Positions 1 through 12,480 of a stretch of 50,208 bases of DNA are shown here, one piece after another. Position 1 is the first letter of the stretch, and every line of letters starts with the position of its first letter. Source of the DNA: Massalongia carnosa (lineage: Eukaryota); assembly GCA_965645245.1 (NCBI GenBank), contig OZ287067.1:3720001-3770208 (forward strand). The letters are read 5' to 3'. A model generated the notes under the pieces. That model saw only the letters and a program-made list of their open reading frames with translations, ran no database searches and was not told the DNA's origin. The position numbers were made by a program, and so were the translations under genes.

Positions 1-63
1 TTGTAGATGTTTTGATGATTTTCAACTGATGTTTACCTTCTTATTTACAAAAAAAGGGGAGAA

Positions 64-512
64 TGTTTTGAAGTTCGCGACTCAGCCCTACGGTATCTCA
101 CTAAGCCTATTTAAGGTGGCTGCCAAATTGCCAGACAAAGGGATACCGATCTATTTAATAGGCCGGGCCTTTTAAATGGAATAAGGTTTTTTCGAGGTCT
201 GTAACTACCAATACTGTCAGGACAGCTTTCTATAAGACAGGAACGGTGGCACACTTCTGCAGGGGGTGCGCGGGAAGATACCCTTGCGATAGTCTCAACC
301 GGTCCAATCATGTAATAGCAATTAGTTTGACGAACGTGGCCTGATCAAGGTGGGGCTATAGGATAAACAGCCCTTTGCCAACCTCTTTCGGAGGGCCACT
401 GATCAATCTATTGATTACACTCCACCTACTGCTGTTCCATAGCGACTCCTATTCTATTGTCCTACCACTACTGTAGAGCCATATAGTCACACTATTCGTA
501 TTTCGCCTAACA
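64..512 (+). repeat. Probable 5' LTR of Gypsy A
   Basis: TGTT...AACA termini, 40 bp upstream of the gag ATG (553). No second copy in the window to confirm the boundaries. Confidence 0.55.
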
Positions 513-940
513 TATTGATCAGTCTTAAAACGAAGAACGGTCCGACTACGATATGGCACCACGAGGTCGTCCTGCTGCATCTGCTAGAGGTAACCCCATT
601 ACCCAACCTGAAGGAACTGACTATTCTTCTACAACGCGTACCTCTGGCGAGGGGCCTGGTAATGACCAGCGACTACCAACTATGGAAGATATACGACAGG
701 AGTTGGATGATATCAACGACCAGCGCGCCCGAGCCCAATTGGCAACTAACCTCGAAAAGGCCAGGGCCGAACGTATAAGAGGGACAGTAGACACTAGTCT
801 TATGGGTTATAATGCTCAGTGTGACTGCTAATAGATTGATAGGTGCTAAAGCTAAAAGCTTATTCCCTGAAGATGGGAATCGAGCTTTCTATATACCCCT
901 TGGGGTCCTATTTACTAACTACTTGTCTGGTTACCTGTCT

Positions 941-1085
941 GCCTTGTTGCCTTCAGCTGAGGTCTAGTAGATAGCCTTGCTGCCTTCAGCTGAGGTCTAG
1001 CAGATAACCTTGTTGCCTTCAGCTGAGGTCTAGCAGATAGCCTTGTTGCCTTCAGCTGAGGTCTAGCAGATAGCCTTGTTGCCTT
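941..1085. repeat. 33-bp tandem repeat, ~4.5 copies, resuming at 1431
   Basis: Unit GCCTTGTTGCCTTCAGCTGAGGTCTAGCAGATA. Confidence 0.9.
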
Positions 1086-1430
1086 TGTCATGGAGTGACT
1101 GGGCACCTGCCAGTAAGTTCATTGAATCAACCTTAGCTTCTTGAACGAAGCACTAGCCGGTTAGCCGATCCGAAAGGAACTAAGCTTAATCCGGTTCAAA
1201 GGTAAGTGTTCCGACTATCAATAGTGTCATGGCGATAGTTTCATGCTAGGGACTTGGGGAAATTGGATCAACGGCTGGATTGGGACTAGTTCCGTTCGCC
1301 AGAGTCTTATACTCGCCCACGTTGGATTTTCTGTTTCTTTTCTCCTTGTCGAACGTCTTGTCCACCTAGCTAGACAATCAAGTAACACGTTTGCACTACC
1401 TGAATTCCTACCTGACCTCGCACCGTGACA
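1086..1430 (+). mobile_element. Solo LTR family X, copy 1
   Basis: TGTCA...TGACA, TSD GCCTT. Homologous to 44340-44730 and 48608-48961. Confidence 0.95.
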
Positions 1431-2577
1431 GCCTTCAGCTGAGGTCTCCTAGGCGTCCCAGGCCTCCCATGAGATCGAGGCTTATCTGAATAGCTTCAGT
1501 TGCTGCCTATCAAACTGGTAAGGCTGATTGCTGATGGCTTAGTATTGCTATCCGCCTTATCATGACTAAGCATCCGGATTATCAGTCACCCGGTCTTCTT
1601 GGGTGAGTCATCTCAGGAGCTAGCGCAGTCCTGTATTGCCGCGCTATTACAGAACGAGACGCTGGTTTCCCAACAGAACCTCCTACTATGACAATACCTA
1701 TCAGAGCAAAGGAAGTGGACCCTCTTAGTCTCGAAAAGTCCTTTAAAGTTGCTGACCCTAAGCTTAACACGGGTACTAATCAGAAGGACTATGAGACCTT
1801 CATTAGAGAATGTCAACGGACGTTCGAGACTAAACCCATCACTTATGCGACTGACAGGGCAAAGATTCTCTATGCTGAGAACTTTATTGACGGCACCCCG
1901 GCGAATGACTGGCATCGCGAAAGACCAACCCCAGACCAACCCTCCTATACGTGGGAACATATGACTCACTTTTTACAGGAGAAACTCAAACCCAAACACC
2001 TCCGACTATTAGACATATGCGGTCAATTAAAGAAGCTTAAACAACGTCCGGGTCAATCTGTCTCGGAATTGGTTTCTTACTTGGAGACTCTCGAAGATCA
2101 ACTACCGGAAAGGCCTTCGGAGTCACAAAAGCATAGTAACCTCTTACATTCCCTACATGACTACTTAGAACGAGCTATTATTTGCGCCAACTCACAAGGT
2201 AAGAATCGTGTAGAGTTGATCGAAGCCGCACGAGTGGCCGAGCGGGTGGAGCCGAAACCCGACTTTCTTCGCACCACCTCTACTAGAACACAATATCGTT
2301 CTGAAAATGGAGAGAGATCGTCACGGCCGTCGTACGCCCGGCGATCCTCTACCTATATGAGAACCACCTCTTCTAAACCCGATGAGCCCAAGAACGCTAA
2401 CACGACATAGGCTGTTGTTACTCGGCCTAATTCCAAGAGGCCTCGTGAAGAAAATTACGATAATTTTGGAATTACATGCTGGAATTGTAACAAGAAAGGT
2501 TACAAACGCTCCGAGTGTAGAGCACCATCTCGAAGGTCGGGAAAAGCCTAGAGCCAATCGATGTTGCCTCGATTGTT

Positions 2578-5500
2578 TTGACTCGCAGACAAAGAGGTGA
2601 AACGGTAAAACATCTATTCACTGTAGTGACATTATACATTGATAAAGTACTTCTGCAAATACGCGCTATGATCGACTGCGGTTCTACTTGGAATTTCCAT
2701 TCCCAAATAAAGGTGAAGGAGGCTGCCTTACGAATCCCTGTCGAGTCCCCACCGCCGTCGGAATTGAAGACACTGGATGGAACGCCTCTATAAACTTATC
2801 ATAATCACACTCTACAAGTTGGAGTCGTTGATGATAAGGGTGTAGGGGTACGAGCGGATCAAACGTTCGTAGGTGCTGACATGTTTGGCGTTGATATGAT
2901 ACTGGGAATGCCCTGGCTAGATCAGGTTGACCCGGTTATCCGCTGGCATGAGCGCAAAGTGTTCCATGTTCGTCCATCGGAAAACGAGGACGGTCAGGCG
3001 TGTCTGCATGAGGTCTATGACCTTGAGACTGGTGAGCCTGTAGTCGAGCGGACACAAGTCCCTCGAAGTAATACTTCCAATAGTCATCCAGATATAGCGG
3101 TAGTGGACTCCCAGGGGATACGAAGGCTGTGCGTAGAAGAGGGAATACAAGCATTTCTTCTTAATGTTCAAGATCTCGACCTAACGGGAACAGTAATTGG
3201 TTCTGTGACTGAAGTACCAACTGAAATCCCTTCCAAATATGCCGACTATAGTGATGTGTTCTCCAAAGAGAAAGCACATAAACTACCGGGACATGGACCT
3301 CATGATCATGCGATTGAGACCGAAGGAAACATTCCCTTCGGGCCTATTTATAATTTATCACTGACAGAATTAAATGCACTCCGTGAGTATTTGGACGAGC
3401 AATTAGCTAAATTTTACATAGTTCCAAGCAAGTCCTCGGCTGGAGCACCAATATTATTCGCGAAGAAAAAAGATGGTGGCCTGCGACTATGCGTCGATTA
3501 TCGAGGTATTAATGCAGTAACGATCAAAAACCGTTATCCACTCCCATTAATTCAAGGATTAGTTGAAGTGTTGATAGGAGCGCTGATCTTTACCAAATTC
3601 GACATTCGGGACGCCTTCAACTCTATACGCATTAGAGCCAGCGACGAATAGAAGACCGCGTTCAGATGCAGGTACGGTCACTACGAATATCTAGTAATGC
3701 CTTTTGGGTTAGCGAATGCACCTTCCACGTTTCAGGCGTATATTCACGAAGCTCTAAGGGAATACCTGGACGTATTCGTAGTAGTGTATCTGGACGATAT
3801 TTTGGTGTTTTCTAAAAAAATCGAAGAGCATGCAAATCACGTTCGAATGATACTCGAGAAGCTTCGGAAATATAATCTGCATGCGAAACTCTCCAAATGC
3901 CTTTTCGATAAGTCCGAGATTGAATACTTAGGATTTATTTTGACTCCAACGGGCATAAGAATGGACCCCTCTCGCATAACGACGATAACAAACTGGCCAG
4001 AACCCAAAAATCATAGAGACGTACAAGTCTTCTTGGATTTTGCGAACTTCTATAGACGATTTATAGACGGGTTTTCGCGGATAGTAACTGCCCTTACTAC
4101 CCTTCTCAAAGGAGGAAAAAGGGGTTAATTCGACGGCCAGTTTACGTTCACAAAGGAAGCCAAGGAATCCTTCGAAAACTTAAAACTTGTTTTCACGACT
4201 GCTCCCATGCTATTGTACATCGACCCGAAGAGGAAAATCCAATTAGAAACGGACGCCTCAGGAGTCGCGATTTCTGCAATTATATCACAGTTAGTCGAAG
4301 AATCCGGACGCTGGCATCCTATCGCCTTTTGGTCAAGGAAAATGGCCCCAGCTGAACTCAATTATGGAGTGGGCGAAACTGAGATGTTAGCGATCGTCGA
4401 AGCATGCAAGCAATGGCGACACTATCTTGAAGGGGCAATGCATCCCATTCGTGTGATCACCGAGCACTGCAACCTTCGTACGTGTCTCACCACCAAGAAT
4501 TTATCGCGAAGAGAAGCGCGATGGTGGGAGAGACTCTCTAGTCTCGACTTGGTAATTGAATACTGACCAGGGTGCTATAATCCTGCGGACGGGCCTTCAA
4601 GTCGTCCAGACTATGCTGGAAATGAACCCAACTTGTCTCATCAAGTCGGTGCAGTAGTTTCCAGTGAAGCAGGGGAGCCTCTAAGTATTCGACAGGGGAC
4701 AGAAACTCGAAGAAAAGTTCGAGACGAAGAAGTGGGTGGTTGCGTCGATAACCGGCATCCCTGTAACTGCTCCTAGGGGAAATGTTATGGAATGGGAGCC
4801 CACTGTTAATAGCACCATTGTACATGGATTCATAGAACCTGAATCTGTTAACGGAACTGATTATGAATCAGGGGACTCTTCCGTTGATGAGACCGAAAAT
4901 GGTCCAAGCGCGCGTTCCTTGCTGGCTACTGAAGGGACTGAGAATGAAACTCTCGAGGTTCTTGGAGCAGTAAGAAGAGTTAAGGAGAAGAGAAAGTCTT
5001 CACCTAAACTGGACGAGGGAAAGGCCGATTCGAAGACTACAGAGTTCCAACTCGTGGAGACATCCGAGAAGGAGTCTCGAATTTCTCTAGAACAATCAAA
5101 GGAAGTTTCAGAGAAGGACTAAGCCTTTACTGCTCTACCGCTCGAGTTACGCACCGTCCTTCTGGCACTGCAAGAGTCTGATCAACTCGCGCAGTAGAGA
5201 CGGCCCCTTGCCGCCTCGTCGGCACAGTGGGAGCAACACAAGAGGGAGAGTTTGTATGGAACGCTGGAAGTCAACAAAGGTGTACAAAGTCACTCGCAGG
5301 TAGATACCCTGGCATTGGAAGGGAAACCGCGGGGATATAATAAAGACAAAGAAAAACCTTTTTCATATAGAAGACGGCCTTTTATGCAGAGACAATAAAT
5401 GGTACGTACCTTCAGGCATATTGAGAGAAACGCTACTGCGACAGAATCATGACGACCCCAATGCGGGCCACTTTGGAGTTAGGCGGACAGTGGAATTAAT

Positions 5501-7029
5501 TCAAAGAAAATAACACTGGCCTAAAATGCGAAGAGATATCAAATTGAATATCCAATTCCTACCAGCACAATGAACACCTATCAGTACGATCAACATAGCA
5601 CCTACGGCTGTCCTAAATAGACAGATCATCTACGGAAACCCGTAGATGCCGCATTAGGCTTAGTCCCAAGATAAGATAAGATCACCTCGCTTAGAAGGGG
5701 TTGACCAGTAATAGGAAAAGATTGCTGCCTAGCAACTCTTCATCCTTAACATCACGGTCATATATATCTTTATTATTATATAGCCATATAGCCATAGTCA
5801 TATACCTATTTCAACATATCAAAAGTTATGTCGAATCCTGTACTCGTTTTCATCAGGTCAAGGCTCCAAGACATAAGCCTTACGGAGAATTGGTGTCGTT
5901 GCCAATCCCCCAAGGACCTAGACAAAATTGGACAATAGACTTTATAACCGACCTTCCGCCAAGTATTCGGCGGGGGCAAGTTTATGACTCTATCCTGGTA
6001 ACGATAGACAGGTATACGAAATTCTCTCGCTACATACCTGCACGAAAGGACTGGGAAGCTGAGAACATGAGCGATATCCTTGTCGAAGAAATATTTACCA
6101 AATTCGGTATGCCAGTATCGATTGTAACAGATCGGGGAAGTCTTTTCACCTCCAAATTCTGGTCGCACTTATGTTATTAGCTCCGAGTACGGATCAATTA
6201 TAGCACAGCCTTTCATCCTCAAACCGGTGGGTAGACGGAGAGACAAAACCAAACCTTAGAACAGTACCTGAGGTGTTATGTAAACTATCAGCAAGATGAC
6301 TGGTTATATTGGTTACCAATGGCTGAGTTTGCTTACAACAATAGCTTGCACAGCGTCATCAACATGACACCGTTCGAAGCAATGTTCGGGAAGCCCCAAA
6401 GTGGGAAGATAGTATTCTCGAAGCAAGGGAGAACGAGACCCCAGCAGCTCGTATTCGAGCGGTGAAAATGCTGAAACAGAGAAAAGTTGCGGAAACTTCT
6501 CAATGAGGCTGTAAACTCTCAAGCTAAGTTCTATAATGAAAACCATATGCCCAAGACATATAAAGTAGGTGAGAAAGTTCTGCTGAGCTCTAAAAACATC
6601 AAGTCTACTAGGCTATCCAAGAAATTAGATTATAAATATTATGGACCATATGAGATAATAGATCTCGTGGGGAAGAATGCTTACCGCTTGCGACTACCCA
6701 GCTTACTGAAGGGAGTACATAATGTATTTCATGTCTCCTTGTTAGAACCCCACAATATAGATCCAAAAAGAGGATCAGAAGAGCCTCCCGCAATAGAGGT
6801 CGCGGGGGAAGAGCAGTGGGAAGTAGAGAAAATCCTAGACAGTAGGATTTATTATGGTAAACTCTAATACTTAGTGAAATGGTTAGGCTACTCAGATACA
6901 GATAATCAATGGTTACCAGTCGAAGACATGGAAGGATCTCAGTACCTGATTAGAATATATCATCAGCAATATCCAGCAAATCCTGATGATTCTCACGTCA
7001 AGAAAAGACGGAAGAGGAAAAAGAAATGA
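2578..7029 (+). pseudogene. pol: Gypsy A pol (PR-RT-RH-IN-chromo), fragmented
   Basis: ORF pieces starting at 2578, 2881, 3697, 4207, 5701 and 6487 carry LRLCVDYRGIN, MPFGLANAP, YLDD, IDFITDLP and VFHVSLLE. Confidence 0.92.
5542..5816. mobile_element. 275-bp solo LTR-like insertion in the Gypsy A integrase
   Basis: TATCA is duplicated (5537-5541 and 5817-5821). Ends are AATTGAA...TTCAACA. Removal restores WPKMRRDIKSYVESC. Confidence 0.75.
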
Positions 7030-7807
7030 GAGGGGATAAAGATTCAAAATCTAAAATTTCATTCTATCTAACGGCCGTCATATCCCTTGCTAACGCTCTG
7101 AAAAAAGCAAATCACTCCTCCATTGACCTTGTAGCCATCAAGGTCAATCCCGTCCCATTCTTTACACGTATCCTCGTGAGGAGGGAAGGCAACACCGCGC
7201 GACCCGCGAGAGGCCGGAGAATGCCTGGTGGGGGGAGGAGCCACACGGGAAGGAGGCGCACGCACACCATCTCCTGAAGACCCGCGATAGGCCGGCGAGC
7301 GCGAAGCAGAGCGCGAAGCCGAAGTTGACCCTCCCTCTATATAAAATCCGGACGAGCTCTCACCACCCGACGAACGCCCATTGGGTTACAAAAGACAGAA
7401 GGCCGACCGGAACGGGAAGGAAGCGACCGCAGGGGCGGAGGAGCCGAGGACGGAGACACAGAGGACGGCGCAGAGAAGAAATTGATATGGCCTCACCAAC
7501 CGCAAGAGAACGAGCTGAAGACCGAGCAACAGAAGGGGAATCGCCAGGAACACGTACTTCCCTCAGACCAGAAGGCGGAAGACGTCTTCCACTACCGCGA
7601 GGTAGTGGGGAATCCCCGAGCTCATCAGGGGACAAGGAAGGGGCAGAAATAACACGGTGTTCTGGAGTTTTGGGCATTAGGAATGTGCTTGTAGAAGGGA
7701 GAAAGGAAAGAGAAAGATGGGGAGTTTTATGAGAAGTGGGGGATTATTCACACATTCTTCACAGCTTGAAAAAACCGTTTCCACCATATAGCTTCCTTGG
7801 CGGTCCG

Positions 7808-8255
7808 TGTCATGAAATCGAACCAACCCGATCCAGAATCAATCCCGCAGATGAATCTGACTAAGCTCCCGTTACTCTATTCAGCTTAGTCAGAATCTCA
7901 TTAACTAAATCGAGTTTAGACCCCTCCCAACGGCTTCAGGTCAAAGCTGTACCATCACCATCAAAGCGTACCAACGACAGGAGAACCTCATCTCCACCTT
8001 TTATCGTCAAACACCTCGTCAAACCTTCGTGCCGTACGTCTCCTAATAGGGGGAGATGAACACTGATCGAATCTTCATGCAAAGGGGTTCGAGACAAATA
8101 TAAAAGAAAGGACAAGTTAATTAGATAGTTGACTCCTTGTCCGACGTCTTGTATAGCAATCCATCACCTAGCTATAGCCTTATTAATAAAGACATCTTGA
8201 TCACCCAATCCAATTCCTAGGAACATTAGTTCCATCCCCTGCCCAGTCCTTGACA
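7808..8255 (-). mobile_element. Solo LTR family Y (448 bp) in the Copia B RNase H
   Basis: TSD GTCCG. Reverse complement of 29919-30366. Removal restores LSRT|AKEAIWWKRFF. Strand is given relative to the other copy only. Confidence 0.95.
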
Positions 8256-10058
8256 GTCCGAGAAAGGCCTAACAACTCGGCTTCAGTGCTCGATGTGGTG
8301 ACCGTGGCTTGTTTAGCTGCTCGGCAGTCTATTGGTCTACCATACAGCTGAAAAAGGTAACCATCGGAGCTTCTTCGAGTCAACTCATCATCAGCAAACG
8401 CTGCATCGCTAGCACACATCAGAATATCAGTTTTCTGATGACCGATATATTCTATTGCCAGGTTTTTAGTCCCATTTAGAAAAGCAATAACCCGATCGGC
8501 CGCAGACAGATGATCCGGGCACGGGTTTTGTAAGAATTGAGCTAATTTTGCAGTTGCAAATGCTATATCGGGCCGGGATATTACCGCTGCGAAGATCAAT
8601 GAACCTACCCGTTGCTGGTACGCATATATACGTTGACTGTCTGCTTTTTGCTCGTTTTCATAGGCTGGAGGCACCACTGTCAGTGGTGTTTTCGCGGTTT
8701 CCCGGTGCTGATTAAATTTCGCAGCCATTTTGGTAATGTATGAGTCCTGACATAACCATATCTTCTTATTTGCCCGGTCTCGGGTAATCCTTATACCGAG
8801 AAACCATTTCAATTCCCCTAGAGCATGCATTTCGAATCGTTTCAGGAGAGCTTTCTCAAATTCTCAAAATTTGTCCGAATTATTGTTCCTGCGTATGACC
8901 ACAATTTCATCGACATAGAAGCATAGGATAATCCACTCATTGGCAAATAGACAATTGACCCCTGGGACTGGCGCTAGTCCGAGTTCCTATAGGGCCATGG
9001 TTAGGAGCTTATACAATAGAATCGGTGCATGTTTTAATCCGTACAGAGCTTTTCAAAGCTTCCAACAGTATCCGGGCTTGTCAAAACCTTCTGGACACTC
9101 ACAAAAGATTTCCTCATCAATCGGGCTATTTATGGAAGCACTGACCGCATCATACTGGTAGATATCGAGGTCAAATGCAGCTGAAATAGCCATTAGAGCT
9201 CGAAACGTTCTCGCCGCCAATGTTGCAGCATACGTATCTTGCTGAGTCATCTGAAGATCTCCTCGTACACATAGACGGGCCTTGAATTTCTCAACATAGC
9301 CGTCCGTGTCATGCTTATACTCAAATACCCAGGTGAGTGGTATACGGTCCTGTCCCTGAACTTTTTCCACTAGCTCGTACGTACCACGCTTTTCAAGCTT
9401 GGTGAGCTCTTTGATGGCCGCTAGCTGGAATTGCTGCGAAAAACGGTGATGGAGCATCTACCTCCAATATCGGGGCTCTACCGGGATCTCATCCCGATGG
9501 AATTTCTTCAAGGTTCCGACCTGTGGCCGTTCTAGGCCGACCGAAAACGCTGCATGGGACGGGCTTAACTTGCTGACTGATGCCAGCGCAATTGCATATG
9601 CCTGTTTCCTTTATCTAGTGTTCCTGGCAATTGATTCATCCGTTGTCTCTACCACCCGAGGCGTCCGTCTCGGCCTAGCCGACTGTCTCGGCAGGCTCGG
9701 TCCGTCCTCGGTTGATTGAACACCTGGCATTCCTTGAACGTCCGGCTCGGAGCTTATTTGAACGTCCGATTGCAGAATCTTTTCCAAACCATCACGCTCC
9801 GGTGTCTTTTCAGGGGTAGGTAAGTGAGGATTCTTTTCCATATCGGTAGGAGGAAACATCGTCTTTTCTGACGTTTCTGTTTCACTAGGTTGATTGGTTG
9901 TTTGGTCCAATCTCGGACCTACCTCCTCATCGTCTTGCTCAATCATCACTCCTGCAAAGGATGTTTCGGGCACTTCCAAAACCTGAATTACGTTTTTCAC
10001 GGTTATGTTTAATAAATGTCCTATATCGAGCTCATTGGGCTCATAGAATCTTGTCTTA

Positions 10059-10275
10059 CCGTCGACTGCAAAAGGTCGGTCGCGACCCTGAATTTGGGAC
10101 CACACATCAAATATTTACGCGAAAATGGCAAAATGCCGGCAAAAATCTGAAAACTACCCTCACCGCCTACATGCCAATGAAGTCGTACTACTGGTCAGTA
10201 TTGAAGCGATATGTAGATTAGTATATGTATATGCCATTCCCCGTCTTTTTTCCCTCCCCCCTCTGCCATTCTCCA
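10059..10275 (+). repeat. Left TIR of the Tc1/mariner
   Basis: CCGTCGACTGCAAAAGG...CTCTGCCATT is the inverted match of ~13530-13738. Confidence 0.93.
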
Positions 10276-10290
10276 TTTTTTACCTCAGAT

Positions 10291-12480
10291 ATGAAACTTC
10301 GTGAACCGAGAGCAAAAAGATCAAATTCCGGCCACCCCCCGGCTGGAAAAGAGCCTTTCAAAGGTAAGAGAATCAAACTGACTTAGGGAGGGCCGAGAGC
10401 CAGAGCCATTGTCGCCGCCGGCATCGATGAAGCCTCGCCGGAATCGACGCCGGCTCCTCCCAAGCCAAAGCCTCTCCTCAAGTCAAAGCCCCCCTTCAAG
10501 CCAAAGGCCCCCCTCAAGTCAAAGGCCCCTCCCAAGGCAAAGGTCCCTCCCAAGCCAAAGGCCCCTCCCAAGTCAAAGGTCTAGCCTCAGCAGTTAAAGA
10601 CTTTCGAATCGAATTATTATAGTCCCCTTGTCATTACGGAGGATCTCCGACGACTGGACGGATGAAGACGGGAAGCAGAGGTGGCAGGGTCAGTGGAGAA
10701 AGGAGAACGCGATGAAAGCTGTAGATGCCGAAGATGATGCCGAAGATGATTCCGAAGATGATGCCGAAGATGATGTCGAAGATCTCAATGTGCCTAGTAA
10801 CTCGATTGTCAGTAAGAAGTCTAGAAAACCAAGAAGAAAGGAACCCTCCCGTTTATCCCCTTCGCCGCTGCCTCCGACGGTAATCAAATATCTACTAAAT
10901 GTGAAGATGTCGTATGAGAAGCACGTCGTTTTCGAGACGGTGATTCTATACGAAGTCAATTCAACTACGTCGAAAAGATTCTTTTCGAGAAGCTACACCG
11001 GGGACATGAGTTTAAAAGCCGAGACGTATGCGAATTCCAAAATGTATGCTTGTCATTTGGTCGATATCAAAGCGACCGTATTATGGAATGGAATCAAATC
11101 GCATGAAAAATCAGCTCTCATGTTGATCGAATCCTGGCAGCCCATTGAGGAGGTTCTAATTCATTTAGAATACAGCAGCATTCGAAAGAAAAGCTTCGCG
11201 GTTGATCTTATTTTCAACTTCAGTCGTACCAGAGATGGCGTCACTCCTCCCGATGATCCTATTGCTGCTGCCACAGCTGTCGCCACCAAGAAATTGGGAA
11301 CCGCGACCATGAAGCTGCAAAAAGAGATGGAGGAACGAGCCATGTTGCAAGGCATGACGGCCAAAAGAATGTCCGAATTGCAAAGTCTGCATCTCTGTTA
11401 AAAACGCGCATGTAGGAATTTCGGACAGTACTGTTGGAATGATGAGACGAAGAATCAGCATTATCCTCTCAACAGTGCTCATTTCGTGACCTGGAATAAA
11501 GCACTAGATGATGGAATTTCAGGCGTTGATTCTCGAATACCTCCACCGAAGATCAGAGAGAATTTATTCTCCCTGAATAAAGGTAAGAAAAAGACTGAAT
11601 CATCATCTCCAAAACAGGAAACCTCGTCTCAGGAAATGCCCTTTAGAGGTGGGCATTCCATTTATCAACATCCCATGTATCAACACCACTCGTACCAAAT
11701 CCCCCACTCGATATTTCCCCCCTCGTCATTGGCATTCCCCTCGACATTTCCCTCGGCATTCCCCTCGGCATTTCCTCACTCGGCATTTCCCTCCCGGCAT
11801 TTTATCCTTCTCAGTATGCTCCTTCTACATTACCTGACTCGAGAAGAGCCCTTGAGGAAACGCCGTTGGATTGGAGATATTCGAGATCATCAAGAAGCAG
11901 TCGAAGCGTGAGTCGATTTCTTCCTCTCCCCTCCGTCGCCCGCAGCAGTCCAGTGGAAGAAGATCTGGAAGACTATGTCAGTTGGCTTGTTCCAATGAAG
12001 CCTCATTTGAAAGGAGTGCTTACCAACGCCTGCGATCGATTGATGGAAGATGGGTACGATCTGATGACCGTTCAATCCTTGAAAGGCATCGAGCATCAGA
12101 CGTTCTGGCAGGAGCTAGGAATTCCTCCGGGAATCGGGATTCAACTGGCGCGAGATGTCAGTAAATTTGGAAGAGGAATGTCTCGGCAAATGCCTTTGCA
12201 AATGTCTCGACAAATGTCTCGACAAATGTCTCGACAGATATCTCAGCAAATGCCCCCGCCTCCCCCTCGGCGTCAACGCCATTTACCGACATCGCAAATG
12301 GCCACTCAGGCGGTCACTCAGGCGGTCACTCGGGTGGATAAGGGGATGGAGGATGGGGAGGTGGACGGGGGCGGGGAGGTAGGATCTGGAGTGAGAGATA
12401 CAATTGAGGAAGATGAGACGCATAGTCTAGAATACGATTTTGCCGAAGATGAAGATGAGGATTCGATACTATGTATCTAA
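10291..12480 (+). pseudogene. Second (cargo/accessory) gene of the Tc1/mariner, unknown function
   Basis: ATG at 10291 (MKLREPRAKRS). Features are Pro/Lys repeats, an acidic patch, a C-x4-C-x6-C-x8-H motif at ~11396-11463 and a C-terminal helical domain. It is broken by TAG/TAA stops and at least two frame changes. Confidence 0.7.

Larger units (their letters stand above)
774..1651. mobile_element. Solo LTR with internal 33-bp tandem repeats, itself interrupted by another solo LTR
   Basis: TSD GAACG at 769-773 and 1652-1656. Termini TATAAG (probably ex-TGTAAG)...ATTACA. Confidence 0.8.
553..2551 (+). pseudogene. gag: Gypsy A gag, split by solo LTR 774-1651
   Basis: Removing 774-1656 joins ORF 553 in frame to ORF 1688 (KARAER|DAGFPTEPPTM). 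TAG at 2408. Degenerate zinc knuckle CWNCNKKGYKRSEC at ~2478-2519. Confidence 0.85.
64..7750 (+). mobile_element. Ty3/Gypsy chromovirus retrotransposon A, decayed, 3' LTR missing
   Basis: Order is gag, protease (IDCGS), RT (YLDD), RNase H (ETDAS), integrase (TDRGSLFTS, YYGPY), chromodomain (WEVEKILD). Many premature stops. The right boundary is approximate (fusion to Copia B). Confidence 0.92.

Noticed and set aside
10364..10386. GTAAG...CTGACTTAG micro-intron removing a stop in the cargo gene
   Set aside because: At 23 nt it is too short for a typical fungal intron and would shift the frame. A CAG>TAG mutation is simpler.
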